Below are positions 7,715 through 15,862 of a stretch of DNA of 57,706 nucleotides, piece after piece. Source of the DNA: Bacteroidia bacterium (GTDB taxonomy: Bacteria > Bacteroidota > Bacteroidia > Bacteroidales > CAJPTX01). The number at the start of each line of letters is the position of its first letter. Within the stretch, counting starts at the first letter, position 1. The stretch is from positions 1 through 57,706 of the forward strand of contig CAJPTV010000001.1 of assembly GCA_905373665.1 (NCBI GenBank), in the 5' to 3' direction. The position numbers and the translations under genes are program-made. The notes under the pieces were generated by a model, which saw only the letters and a list, made by a program, of their open reading frames with translations, was not told the DNA's origin and ran no database searches.

Positions 7715-10339
7715 CTACCCTCTTAACTTCTCCATCGCAGCTCGCACAGCCTCTTCCAAGCCTGCGGGGTTCTTCCCACCTGCCGAAGCAAAGTGCGCTT
7801 GACCACCGCCACCGCCAGCGATAAACTTACCCACCTCTTTCACAATAGCGCCAGCTGCTGGTGCACCCGCCTTTACCATCGCCTCACTCATGCAAACCAG
7901 CAACAACGGTTTGCCATCACACAACGAGCCGAGCACAACCCCAACCTGCGGCGCAAGCGTGCAAAGACGCGTCCCAATCTCACGAAGGTCGTCCGCATTC
8001 AGATCCTTAAGCAGTGCCTCTACATAGCGAACCTCGCCCTGCACCTGCGCCTCAGCAAAGAGACGATCCGCGGTCGCGTGCAACTCTTTCAAACGGAACT
8101 GCGCCAACTGTTTACGCAACGCCTCATTCTCCTCACGCAAGTGCTGCACGGCCTCCAACGCACTCCCCTGTGCATGCAACAGTTCGTCGATAGCCCCAAG
8201 GGTATCACTCATCTCATAATCGCGGTGTTCAGCGGCATTACCTACCACGGCCTCTATACGACGAATTCCCGCTGCAATAGCCCCTTCAGAGACAATCCGA
8301 AAGAGCCCAATCTCCCCCGTATTGGCTACGTGCGTCCCACCACAAAGCTCCACCGATGGTCCGAACTGGAGCACGCGGACACGGTCGCCATACTTTTCAC
8401 CAAAGAGCGCCATTGCCCCAAGCTGCTGCGCCTCGGCAATCGGAATACTCCGCCGCTCATCACGTCCAAAACACTGACGCACCAAGTCGTTGACCTTCTC
8501 CTCTACCGTACGTATTTCCTCGGCGGTCATCTTTTGAAAGTGCGAAAAGTCAAAACGCAAACGGTCTGGTTCGACGAGTGAACCACGTTGCTCTACGTGC
8601 GAGCCCAAGACTTGTCGCAACGCATAGTGCAAGAGGTGTGTCGCGGTGTGGTGCGCTGTAATCCGACGGCGGCGCTCCGTATCAACGTGTGCCATAAATT
8701 CCGCATCGGGCTTCTCGGGCAGATGGTCTACCTGTACCACTGGCAAACCGTGCTCCTTAGTACAACCGAGTACCTCTAAACGATCGTGCGTAGAAGCGAG
8801 CGAGCCCGTATCCCCCACCTGTCCCCCTTGCTCTGCATAAAAGGGCGAACGGTCGAGTACAAGCTGATAAGCATCATTACCCTTCTTGTTCGACACCGTC
8901 CGCATCCGCAAAATATGTACAGGCGCTTCGAGGTCATCATAACCGATGAACTCCGTGTTTGCCCCCTCGCGCACCACAAACCAATCCCCCGTGACCGTCT
9001 CAGCAGCACTACGCGACCGCGCTTTCTGTTCTGCCATACAACGTTCAAAAGCGGGCGCATCCACCTGCATTCCGTGTTCACGCAACATGAGCTCGGTTAA
9101 ATCGAGCGGGAAGCCGTAGGTATCATAAAGCTTGAAGGCGGTCTCGCCGTCCAACACAACGTTCTTTGCCCCAGAGAGCTCACCAATCTTTTGCTCTAGG
9201 AGGTGAATACCCGACTCGAGCGTGCGCAAAAAGGCTTGTTCCTCCTCACGGATAACGCTCTCAATGAGGCGCTGTTGTGCCGCAAGCTCGGGGTAGTAAC
9301 TCCCCATTTGTTTCACCAACGTGGGGATAAGCTGGCAAAGGAAGGGCTCGCGGAAACCGAGGAACGAATAGCCATAACGCACCGCACGGCGCAAGATACG
9401 GCGGATAACATACCCCGCCTTGTTATTGGAGGGGAGCTGCCCATCGGCTATCGAAAAAGCCACTGCTCGCAAATGGTCTGCGACCACGCGCAGTGCCACA
9501 TCCGTAGGTTCACTTTCGCGGTACTTTACCCCAGAAAGCTCCGATATCTTGGCAATGATGTCTTGAAAGATGTCTGTATCGTAATTGCTTTTCTTGCCCT
9601 GCAAGACGCGACACAAGCGTTCAAAGCCCATGCCCGTATCCACGCTTTTAGCAGGGAGGGGTTCGAGCGAACCGTCCGCCTTGCGGTTAAATTGCATAAA
9701 GACCAAATTCCAAATCTCAATGACCTCGGGGTGGTCTTTATTGACCAAGGAAGCTCCTGCTACCGTAGCCCGCTCAGCATCAGCACGAAGGTCGATATGT
9801 ATCTCCGAACACGGTCCGCACGGTCCCATGTCGCCCATTTCCCAGAAGTTATCCTTAGCGTTTCCGAAAAGAACACGATCTGCGGGGACATGCTCGAGCC
9901 AATAGTTACGCGCTTCGTCATCGGGCGCTAGTCCCTCTTTAGTTGACCCTTCAAAGACGGTGACGTAAAGACGTTCCTTGTCAATGCCGAGCACCTCGGT
10001 CAGCAACTCCCACGACCAGCCGATAATCTCCTTCTTGAAGTAGTCGCCGAACGACCAATTGCCGAGCATCTCGAACATCGTGTGATGGTAGGTGTCGTGC
10101 CCTACCTCCTCAAGGTCGTTCTGTTTCCCAGAGACGCGAAGACACTTTTGCGCATCGCATACACGGAGCGACTCAGGCTTACGGTTACCGAGGAAGATGT
10201 CCTTAAACTGGTTCATGCCCGCATTGGTAAACATGAGGGTCGGGTCATCCTTGATAACCATGGGTGCCGATGGCACAACCTTATGTTCCTTAGAGCGAAA
10301 GAAATCGAGAAAAGCGGCACGCACAGCAGCGGAATCCAT
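7715..10339 (-). CDS. alaS: Alanine--tRNA ligase
   Basis: MDSAAVRAAFLDFFRSKEH...FTNAGMNQFK...; the editing-domain HHTATHLL and CGGTH motifs; a C-terminal DHHA1-like tail. Start taken at the ATG at 10339; the ORF track begins at an upstream TTG. Confidence 0.95.
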   Translation of the reverse strand: MDSAAVRAAFLDFFRSKEHKVVPSAPMVIKDDPTLMFTNAGMNQFKDIFLGNRKPESLRVCDAQKCLRVSGKQNDLEEVGHDTYHHTMFEMLGNWSFGDYFKKEIIGWSWELLTEVLGIDKERLYVTVFEGSTKEGLAPDDEARNYWLEHVPADRVLFGNAKDNFWEMGDMGPCGPCSEIHIDLRADAERATVAGASLVNKDHPEVIEIWNLVFMQFNRKADGSLEPLPAKSVDTGMGFERLCRVLQGKKSNYDTDIFQDIIAKISELSGVKYRESEPTDVALRVVADHLRAVAFSIADGQLPSNNKAGYVIRRILRRAVRYGYSFLGFREPFLCQLIPTLVKQMGSYYPELAAQQRLIESVIREEEQAFLRTLESGIHLLEQKIGELSGAKNVVLDGETAFKLYDTYGFPLDLTELMLREHGMQVDAPAFERCMAEQKARSRSAAETVTGDWFVVREGANTEFIGYDDLEAPVHILRMRTVSNKKGNDAYQLVLDRSPFYAEQGGQVGDTGSLASTHDRLEVLGCTKEHGLPVVQVDHLPEKPDAEFMAHVDTERRRRITAHHTATHLLHYALRQVLGSHVEQRGSLVEPDRLRFDFSHFQKMTAEEIRTVEEKVNDLVRQCFGRDERRSIPIAEAQQLGAMALFGEKYGDRVRVLQFGPSVELCGGTHVANTGEIGLFRIVSEGAIAAGIRRIEAVVGNAAEHRDYEMSDTLGAIDELLHAQGSALEAVQHLREENEALRKQLAQFRLKELHATADRLFAEAQVQGEVRYVEALLKDLNADDLREIGTRLCTLAPQVGVVLGSLCDGKPLLLVCMSEAMVKAGAPAAGAIVKEVGKFIAGGGGGQAHFASAGGKNPAGLEEAVRAAMEKLRG

Positions 10340-10367
10340 CTTCAGCAATGTTTAGAAAAATGACGGG

Positions 10368-10375
10368 CAAAGATA
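10368..10375 (-). promoter_or_regulatory. -7 promoter box TATCTTTG upstream of alaS
   Basis: The plus strand reads caaagata, 29 nt upstream of the alaS ATG and just outside the IS remnant junction. Confidence 0.5.
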
Positions 10376-10418
10376 CAAAAAGTCCTTACGCTCAAATGAA
10401 ATGCGTTATTCTAGAGTT

Positions 10419-10537
10419 AAATGTTCCATCTTTACTTTTGGACGAAAGTCGGAGATTTTCAGTTTAGCCCTTTCTTCCAGAAGAAAAGTTATAGTAGATG
10501 GCGCTTTTCTCTTAGCCGTTGCATTTATTGCTTGAAT
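10419..10537 (-). mobile_element. Truncated IS30-family left end (about 120 nt including the first 7 transposase codons, MEHLTLE, then a stop)
   Basis: This is the reverse complement of 11716-11864 at roughly 80% identity by eye. For example ttctagAgttaaAtgtTccatcttt... aligns with ttctagGgttaaGtgtGccatctttt..., and ...ttttctcttaGccgttg aligns with ttttctcttaAccgttg. Confidence 0.75.
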
Positions 10538-10556
10538 TTGGGAAAAATTTATTGAC

Positions 10557-11672
10557 CTATTCGATTACTTCAACAAAAGTGCTATCAATATCTTCTGTTA
10601 CAAGTATAGGGCAACTTCCATGCGACAATATCCTACTAATAACTTGTTGAGAAGGATGCCCATACGAATTGTTCTTTCCTACAGAAATAGGGCATAGGAA
10701 TTGTTCACCTTCAAGAACGTTTTCATCAAAAGATGGTAAGCTTCCATGATGTGGAATCTGTATAGTTCCTATAAAATCCCAATACTGATTATATTCAGTT
10801 CTTACGTTTACTTTATTCAAATCACCATCACCTGTATATAGACAAGCAACTCTATCAGGGTCAAAGAAATGGTTACAGAGCAGATGTCTATGGAAGTAGC
10901 AATAATCATAACAGCAATACTCTCTCCTCCAGCAACTCACTCTCCTCCTGTAATGAACATGTGAATCCCTTCTAAATGGACCAGAATATAAAAACATAGA
11001 GTTTTGATTAATTCCACCACTAAGACTTTTATAGATCTTCTTTATCGTATTCTTGACATTTGGGGAGAGAATGTAATCGGGGTCAGTCTTGAGTCTTTTA
11101 ATGTCAATCCCGTTTTTTTCTATATTCTCAAGGAATTCCTTATTTCGAGATTGATAGTCATAATTGTAAGGAACGAAGACCCAATTATAGCCTTTTTGTA
11201 GAGTCAGAGGAGTTCCACTCGGTATTTGAATTGGCTCACGTCTTTCTGACACATTGAGAGGTTCTCTTTCTCTAACCTCATTTTCAGCCAATGGTAGTAC
11301 ACTTATGATTTGAGTTTCTTCTCCAAAGAAATCATTCGGGTTATTTACTAGATTAGCTAAACGAGGCTCTCCTAAAGCTTTATATACATTGGATAAAACC
11401 CACTTTCCTTCATCATGAAGAAGAGGTATCACAACTCTTTCGATCTTCCTCGCTTTTTTCAAAATATCAATCAAAGAGACATGATCGAAATCAAAATGCG
11501 AAATGAAGAGAATGTGAATAACATCTTTTTCACCAAAGCTTTGACGAACAAGTCCACTTATATTTTTTTTGTTCGTCGTACCACAATCATACACGATGTT
11601 AATATCGTGTTGTATGTGCCTTTCGGAGTAAAAGGCCCCTTGACCTACTGGATGAAAAAATCGTTGAATCAT
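10557..11672 (-). CDS. Orphan ComEC/Rec2-type metallo-beta-lactamase-fold hydrolase (putative nuclease)
   Basis: Motifs appear in the MBL order: HPVGQGAFY, IVYDCGT, ILFISHFDFDHV (an HxHxDH variant), IQIPHHGS and NSYGHPS. The sequence is visibly AT-rich relative to its neighbours. Start chosen at the ATG at 11672 (MIQRFFHPVGQG); the TTG at 11714 is also possible. Confidence 0.7.
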   Translation of the reverse strand: MIQRFFHPVGQGAFYSERHIQHDINIVYDCGTTNKKNISGLVRQSFGEKDVIHILFISHFDFDHVSLIDILKKARKIERVVIPLLHDEGKWVLSNVYKALGEPRLANLVNNPNDFFGEETQIISVLPLAENEVREREPLNVSERREPIQIPSGTPLTLQKGYNWVFVPYNYDYQSRNKEFLENIEKNGIDIKRLKTDPDYILSPNVKNTIKKIYKSLSGGINQNSMFLYSGPFRRDSHVHYRRRVSCWRREYCCYDYCYFHRHLLCNHFFDPDRVACLYTGDGDLNKVNVRTEYNQYWDFIGTIQIPHHGSLPSFDENVLEGEQFLCPISVGKNNSYGHPSQQVISRILSHGSCPILVTEDIDSTFVEVIE

Positions 11673-11715
11673 TGTTTGTGTAAGAGTGTTTGACAAAACG
11701 TCAGTCAAATTCAAA

Positions 11716-12410
11716 CGCTACGACAACGGTTAAGAGAAAAATACCACAGCCAACGACTTCTCTGGAAAAGAAGAGAGGACTAAATCCTTCCTTCTGGAAG
11801 GGCTAAATTGTGTATCTCCAGCTTCCGTCCCAAAAAGTAAAAGATGGCACACTTAACCCTAGAACAAAGGTATAAAATTCAGACCTTACGCGAAGAAGAT
11901 CACTCTCTAAAAGAGATTGGAGACAAAATCTGTAAAGACAAATCTGTCATATCGCGCAAGTTAAAACGAAAGAAACACTGATGACGATTAAAGCTCAACC
12001 GAAAACGATTACCGTGGATAATCGAAAAATTTTGCAGACATCAGGCAATAACAAATGAGCTTAAAGTCCCGATCTATTTTCCACATCCATACCATTCTTG
12101 GGATAAGGCTCGAACGAAAATATGAATGGTCTTTTCGCCAATCTCTGTTCCAAGACTCATCATTTGAGGATCTGAGCAGAGAGAGAATGTTCAGTACATA
12201 CAAGATCAGCTAAACAACCATCCTCGGAAATTGTTAGATTCACCGACACTGATAGAATATGCTTTTATGAATTGTCTTCGTTATTTGTAACCTGACGGGA
12301 AGTATTGCATTTGAGACTTGAATCCAGCAATAATTCTGGGTGCCCCAATGTAATTGAAATTCGATATGTTGCTGTACCTCAGTTTTCCAGAAAAGTAGAA
12401 AGCATATCCT
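11716..12410 (+). mobile_element. Degenerate IS30-family insertion sequence (left end, internally deleted transposase, tentative right end)
   Basis: The left end is the inverted partner of 10419-10537. Transposase remnants occupy 11844-12290. A tentative right-end match, cagttttccagaaaagtagaaagc at 12380-12403, resembles the ...ttccagaagaaaagttatag... end sequence. Confidence 0.7.
11844..12290 (+). pseudogene. IS30-family transposase pseudogene (N-terminal HTH plus C-terminal DDE remnant; middle deleted, several frameshifts)
   Basis: MAHLTLEQRYKIQTLREEDHSLKEIGDKICKDKSVISRKLKRKKH then stops at 11979-11981. Downstream pieces lie in three frames: TITVDN.., HQAITNELKVPIYFPHPYHSWDK, SNENMNGLFRQ and VQYIQDQLNNHPRKLLDSPTLIEYAF. 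This matches the IS30 pattern DNG.EF...YF..PY.SW.RG.NEN.NGL.RQY...LN.RPRK. Confidence 0.8.
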
Positions 12411-12413
12411 AAT

Positions 12414-12451
12414 AAAAAAACGCCACCCCCAGATTGCTCCGAGAGTGGCGT
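12414..12451 (-). terminator. Rho-independent terminator of the outer-membrane beta-barrel gene
   Basis: On the minus strand the stem cgccac/gtggcg (12421-12426 with 12445-12450) is followed by a T7 run (the plus-strand A run at 12414-12420). Confidence 0.5.
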
Positions 12452-12481
12452 AAATATGAAAATAGCTATATGCCGAGGAGA

Positions 12482-13144
12482 CTAGAACGAGAACTGGCAG
12501 CCTACCATAAAGGGCGCAGCACTCTTTTCATAACCAGCATGGTTGATCCCCAAGCCGAAAGAGGTAGACGAGGTTGTAACCGTCTTATCTCCAGCCTTTA
12601 CCGAAGTGCTATTGTACATCACACCAAAACGAACCACATTAGCCGTTGCAATAAGCGCTATCTGATTGGTCAATTCATACTTCAAGCCAGGTACGAGCTG
12701 CAAACCCACACCGAACACACTATTTCCGTCAGTAGAGGTAGTCTTACCTCCAGCAGTCATCTTACTTGCACCTACCGAACCAAAAGAGAGTGGGAGCTGA
12801 GCGTCGCAGAACAACTTCAGACGATCATTCCCCAAAGCAAAGTAGCGTACGTAGGGAACGATATGGAAGATAAAATCTGACTTTGTTGCCGAACTCTTTT
12901 CCTTCTGCTCTTCACCCGAGGACGTCGAAGAAGCATTGTAGTCAAAACCGATCCTTCCCCCAAGCGCGATATCATTGCTAAGCTCATACGATAGACCCGG
13001 AAGGAGTCTAAAGGCGATACGAGAGTTATTATCTCCCGCACTTCCATAATTCAAGCCAAGCTGACCATCTACCGCAAGTTGTGCAAACGCAGAGCCGCAA
13101 GCCATTGCGATCAGTGCAAAGAATAAGAACAACCCTTTCTTCAT
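12482..13144 (-). CDS. Outer membrane beta-barrel protein (small porin-family/OmpW-like)
   Basis: Signal peptide MKKGLFLFFALIAMACGSAFAQ, alternating beta-strand pattern and a C-terminal ...QFSF aromatic terminus. Confidence 0.65.
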   Translation of the reverse strand: MKKGLFLFFALIAMACGSAFAQLAVDGQLGLNYGSAGDNNSRIAFRLLPGLSYELSNDIALGGRIGFDYNASSTSSGEEQKEKSSATKSDFIFHIVPYVRYFALGNDRLKLFCDAQLPLSFGSVGASKMTAGGKTTSTDGNSVFGVGLQLVPGLKYELTNQIALIATANVVRFGVMYNSTSVKAGDKTVTTSSTSFGLGINHAGYEKSAAPFMVGCQFSF

Positions 13145-13176
13145 TTGTCTAAGTATTTTTGGGTTAACAAACAGAG

Positions 13177-13184
13177 CAAAGATA
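13177..13184 (-). promoter_or_regulatory. -7 promoter box TATCTTTG
   Basis: The plus strand reads caaagata, 33 nt upstream of the ATG at 13144. Confidence 0.45.
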
Positions 13185-13257
13185 AGACTTTTACGTAAGA
13201 GCAACAAACTCGGTGACAAAAGAAACGTTGTAAACGATTACCATTCTATTCCTCTTC

Positions 13258-14223
13258 CTAAGAGGCTTTCGTCGGGAGGTCGTCGTCTGCCCGATTCTTC
13301 GCAAAGCGTTCAAGCCGCGAAGCGATATTCGCATCAAAGATCGGGGAGAGGATAATAAGCGTTACCGCCACCAAAATCAAGACCACCCCGACGCCAATCT
13401 GAAAGGTAAACGCCTCGCCAAAGACGATCATCCCAATCACCAGTGCCGTGAGCGGTTCCATAGCACCGAGCACCGAGGTAAGGGTCGAACCGATACTCTT
13501 GATGGCATACATCAACGCTAGGTTAGAGAGCAGGGTCGGCAGCAACGCCAATAGGGTGAGGTTAAGCCACGCCCACGCCGAGGGGACGACGTGTATCCCT
13601 TCGCCCGCTATCGCACTATGCAGCACAAAATAGACGTTACTGCATAACAGGGCATAGAAGGCGAGCTTGATATTGTTGCGTCGTCGCAGCACCCTAACGT
13701 TGTTCACCAGCACGATGTAGAGGGCATACGCCAAGCCCGAGAGCAACACCATGATGATGCTTGCCGCCGTAGCATTGCCCGTACCGCCCCCACGTCCGAT
13801 ACTCAGAAGCGAGATGCCCGTGAGCGCAAGTACGATAGCGATAATGGTAAACTTCGACGTTTTCTGTTTGAAGAAGAACGCCATTATGACCGTCACAAAG
13901 ACCGGATAGAGGAAGTGGAGCGTCGTCGCCACGCCCGTACTCATCGTAGCATACCCCTGAAAGAGCAGGGTCGCCGAGCCGTAGTAACAGAGCCCGAGGA
14001 GCATACACCACCCCAGCGCCTTCCACGAGATACGGAATGGAATACGCTTCATAAGCATCAGCAACGCCATTGCACCAGAAGCGATGAGCATGCGGTAAAT
14101 CAGTATACTATTCACACTCAGCCCTGCCGCCATGATGGGGAGTGTAAACAGGGGCAGCATCCCAAACGTGCAGGAAGATGCCATCCCCGAGAGGAAGCCT
14201 CGGAAGTTGAAAGGTTGTGCCAT
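13258..14223 (-). CDS. EamA/DMT-superfamily transporter
   Basis: 321 aa with about 10 TM segments and a duplicated EamA-like hydrophobic architecture. Confidence 0.65.
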   Translation of the reverse strand: MAQPFNFRGFLSGMASSCTFGMLPLFTLPIMAAGLSVNSILIYRMLIASGAMALLMLMKRIPFRISWKALGWCMLLGLCYYGSATLLFQGYATMSTGVATTLHFLYPVFVTVIMAFFFKQKTSKFTIIAIVLALTGISLLSIGRGGGTGNATAASIIMVLLSGLAYALYIVLVNNVRVLRRRNNIKLAFYALLCSNVYFVLHSAIAGEGIHVVPSAWAWLNLTLLALLPTLLSNLALMYAIKSIGSTLTSVLGAMEPLTALVIGMIVFGEAFTFQIGVGVVLILVAVTLIILSPIFDANIASRLERFAKNRADDDLPTKAS

Positions 14224-14236
14224 AAACGTATGTTTT

Positions 14237-14680
14237 CTAGAAGGCTACGCGCCCGTGTTCTTTGTTTTTCACCACCGTCCCCTTGATGGGCACGAGCACC
14301 TCCTTATTCTTCGGATCGTTGGAGAGGATGGTTACCGTGCGGCTAATCGCGTGCAACTTAGGTTCAACACGGAAATAAACCTGTATTTCCCCCTCCTTGC
14401 CTGGGAGGATGGGCGCGCGAGTATAATCCTTGATGTCCGTACCACAACAGCCCGACACATTTTGCAGGATGAGGGGTGCCGTACCGTCGTTCCAAACCGC
14501 AATTTTCACACGCCCAGTGCTGTCATCGATCTTGCGCAACTCAATCTCGCCAAGTTGTACCTCGACAGGGTCTACGCGCAGGGTCGCCTCTTTTTTCTGA
14601 GCGAAAAGGGTGGTGGTAGCGAACAGGAACATGAGTCCACACAAGAGACTCGTCGGAAAGAAACGGGACATCATCTGCAA
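14237..14680 (-). CDS. DUF1573 domain-containing protein (secreted)
   Basis: Signal peptide followed by ...VQLGEI...VWNDGTAPLILQNVSGCCGTDI...PGKEGEIQVYF..., matching the DUF1573 pattern (N.G..PL.I..v...CGCT). Confidence 0.7.
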   Translation of the reverse strand: MQMMSRFFPTSLLCGLMFLFATTTLFAQKKEATLRVDPVEVQLGEIELRKIDDSTGRVKIAVWNDGTAPLILQNVSGCCGTDIKDYTRAPILPGKEGEIQVYFRVEPKLHAISRTVTILSNDPKNKEVLVPIKGTVVKNKEHGRVAF

Positions 14681-14757
14681 TCTCCTAGTTTATTTGCAAG
14701 GAAGTAACGCAAAAGCTGTGCCGTATGTTATAGCAGCGTGCCTATCGCCCCATTGGG

Positions 14758-15750
14758 CTACTCTTTCTCCTCTTTACCAATATTGCCAATACGCTTGATA
14801 GCGTCGAGATAGTCACGCTCGACGTCGCTGAGGGTACGTTGTTTATACTTGCGGTATTCGTTGGTAGCGTGTTCCATCGCTTGGTCGTGTGAGACACTTC
14901 CCGCATCTTGAAGGAGCTGCTCGCCCGACATCGTGAGGATACGGTCGAGGTAGTTACTCCAGTCGAGCATCGTCATGGGTTGCTCACGTTCGGCTTGCCG
15001 TTCGGCAAAGTCTAAGTATCCGGAGACTAACTGCCCCATGGCGCGCAGCTCTTTCGCATCGAGGTAGTTTTTTGCAGTGCGTGCCTCAGAGAGAGTAGGC
15101 TGGTTGCCTCGAAAGGTCAGAAGCCCCATAAAGTCCTTTTCAGCGTCGGCGCGTTCGACAATGAGTTCGGCAGCCGTATGCCCATGCACCGCATAATGGA
15201 TCTTGTTCTGCACCCTCTTGAAAAACTCTTGCGAGGCGGCAGCACGCGGATCATAATCGATGCTCGTGGCATAGATCTCTAATACTTGGCGATAAAGCAC
15301 CTTCTCCGTCGCACGGATGTCGCGTATACGCTCAAGGAGTTCCTTCCAATACCCCCCACCCCCGAGCTGTTTCAAACGCTCATCATCTAGCGTAAACCCC
15401 TTAACGATATATTCCTTCAGGCGCTGACTCGCCCACTGACGAAAGCGCGTTGCAATGTTAGAACGTACGCGATAGCCAAGGGCAATAATCATATCGAGGT
15501 TGTAGAAGCTCGTCATGTAGGCTTTGCCATCGGCGGCAGTTGTTCGGAATTTCCGAACAACTGAAACTTCGGCAAGCTCCCCCTCCTCAAAAATGTGCTT
15601 AATATGCTCACTCACATTCGATTTGCTCGTCTGATACAGCTCCGCCATTTGGGCTTGTGTGAGCCACAGTGTCTCATCCTCGAGCCGCACGTTCACCGTG
15701 GTAAGACCGCTCGCGTCGGTATAGATAATTACCTTATTGTCGTTTCCCAT
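14758..15750 (-). CDS. RhuM-family virulence-associated protein
   Basis: The N-terminus ...IIYTDASGLTTVNVRLEDETLWLTQAQMAELYQTSKSNVSEHIKHIFEEGEL...FYNLDMIIALGYRVRSNIATRFRQWASQRLKEY is the conserved RhuM core. Confidence 0.8.
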   Translation of the reverse strand: MGNDNKVIIYTDASGLTTVNVRLEDETLWLTQAQMAELYQTSKSNVSEHIKHIFEEGELAEVSVVRKFRTTAADGKAYMTSFYNLDMIIALGYRVRSNIATRFRQWASQRLKEYIVKGFTLDDERLKQLGGGGYWKELLERIRDIRATEKVLYRQVLEIYATSIDYDPRAAASQEFFKRVQNKIHYAVHGHTAAELIVERADAEKDFMGLLTFRGNQPTLSEARTAKNYLDAKELRAMGQLVSGYLDFAERQAEREQPMTMLDWSNYLDRILTMSGEQLLQDAGSVSHDQAMEHATNEYRKYKQRTLSDVERDYLDAIKRIGNIGKEEKE

Positions 15751-15772
15751 TCGCCAACCTCTATTTCATTCC

Positions 15773-15780
15773 CAAAGATA
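15773..15780 (-). promoter_or_regulatory. -7 promoter box TATCTTTG upstream of the RhuM-family gene
   Basis: The plus strand reads caaagata, 23 nt upstream of the ATG at 15750. Confidence 0.45.
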
Positions 15781-15862
15781 AGCTTAGTTACTATCCCCAC
15801 CCTGCGCGGTTTGGCTATTTGAAACAGTTCTATTTAATTTGTAGTACTAATACAGGTAAGCA

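Noticed and set aside
11673-11714. The TTG start at 11714, which extends the MBL-fold ORF by 14 codons (MNLTDVLSNTLTQT).
   Set aside because: The extension runs up to the boundary of the IS inverted repeat and adds no recognisable sequence. The ATG at 11672 directly precedes the conserved HPVGQG motif. The TTG start is kept as an alternative only.
12009-12880. ORFs 12009-12203 (-) and 12434-12880 (+).
   Set aside because: The first is antisense to the decayed IS30 transposase remnant. The second is antisense to the beta-barrel gene and begins inside its terminator. Neither has recognisable motifs.
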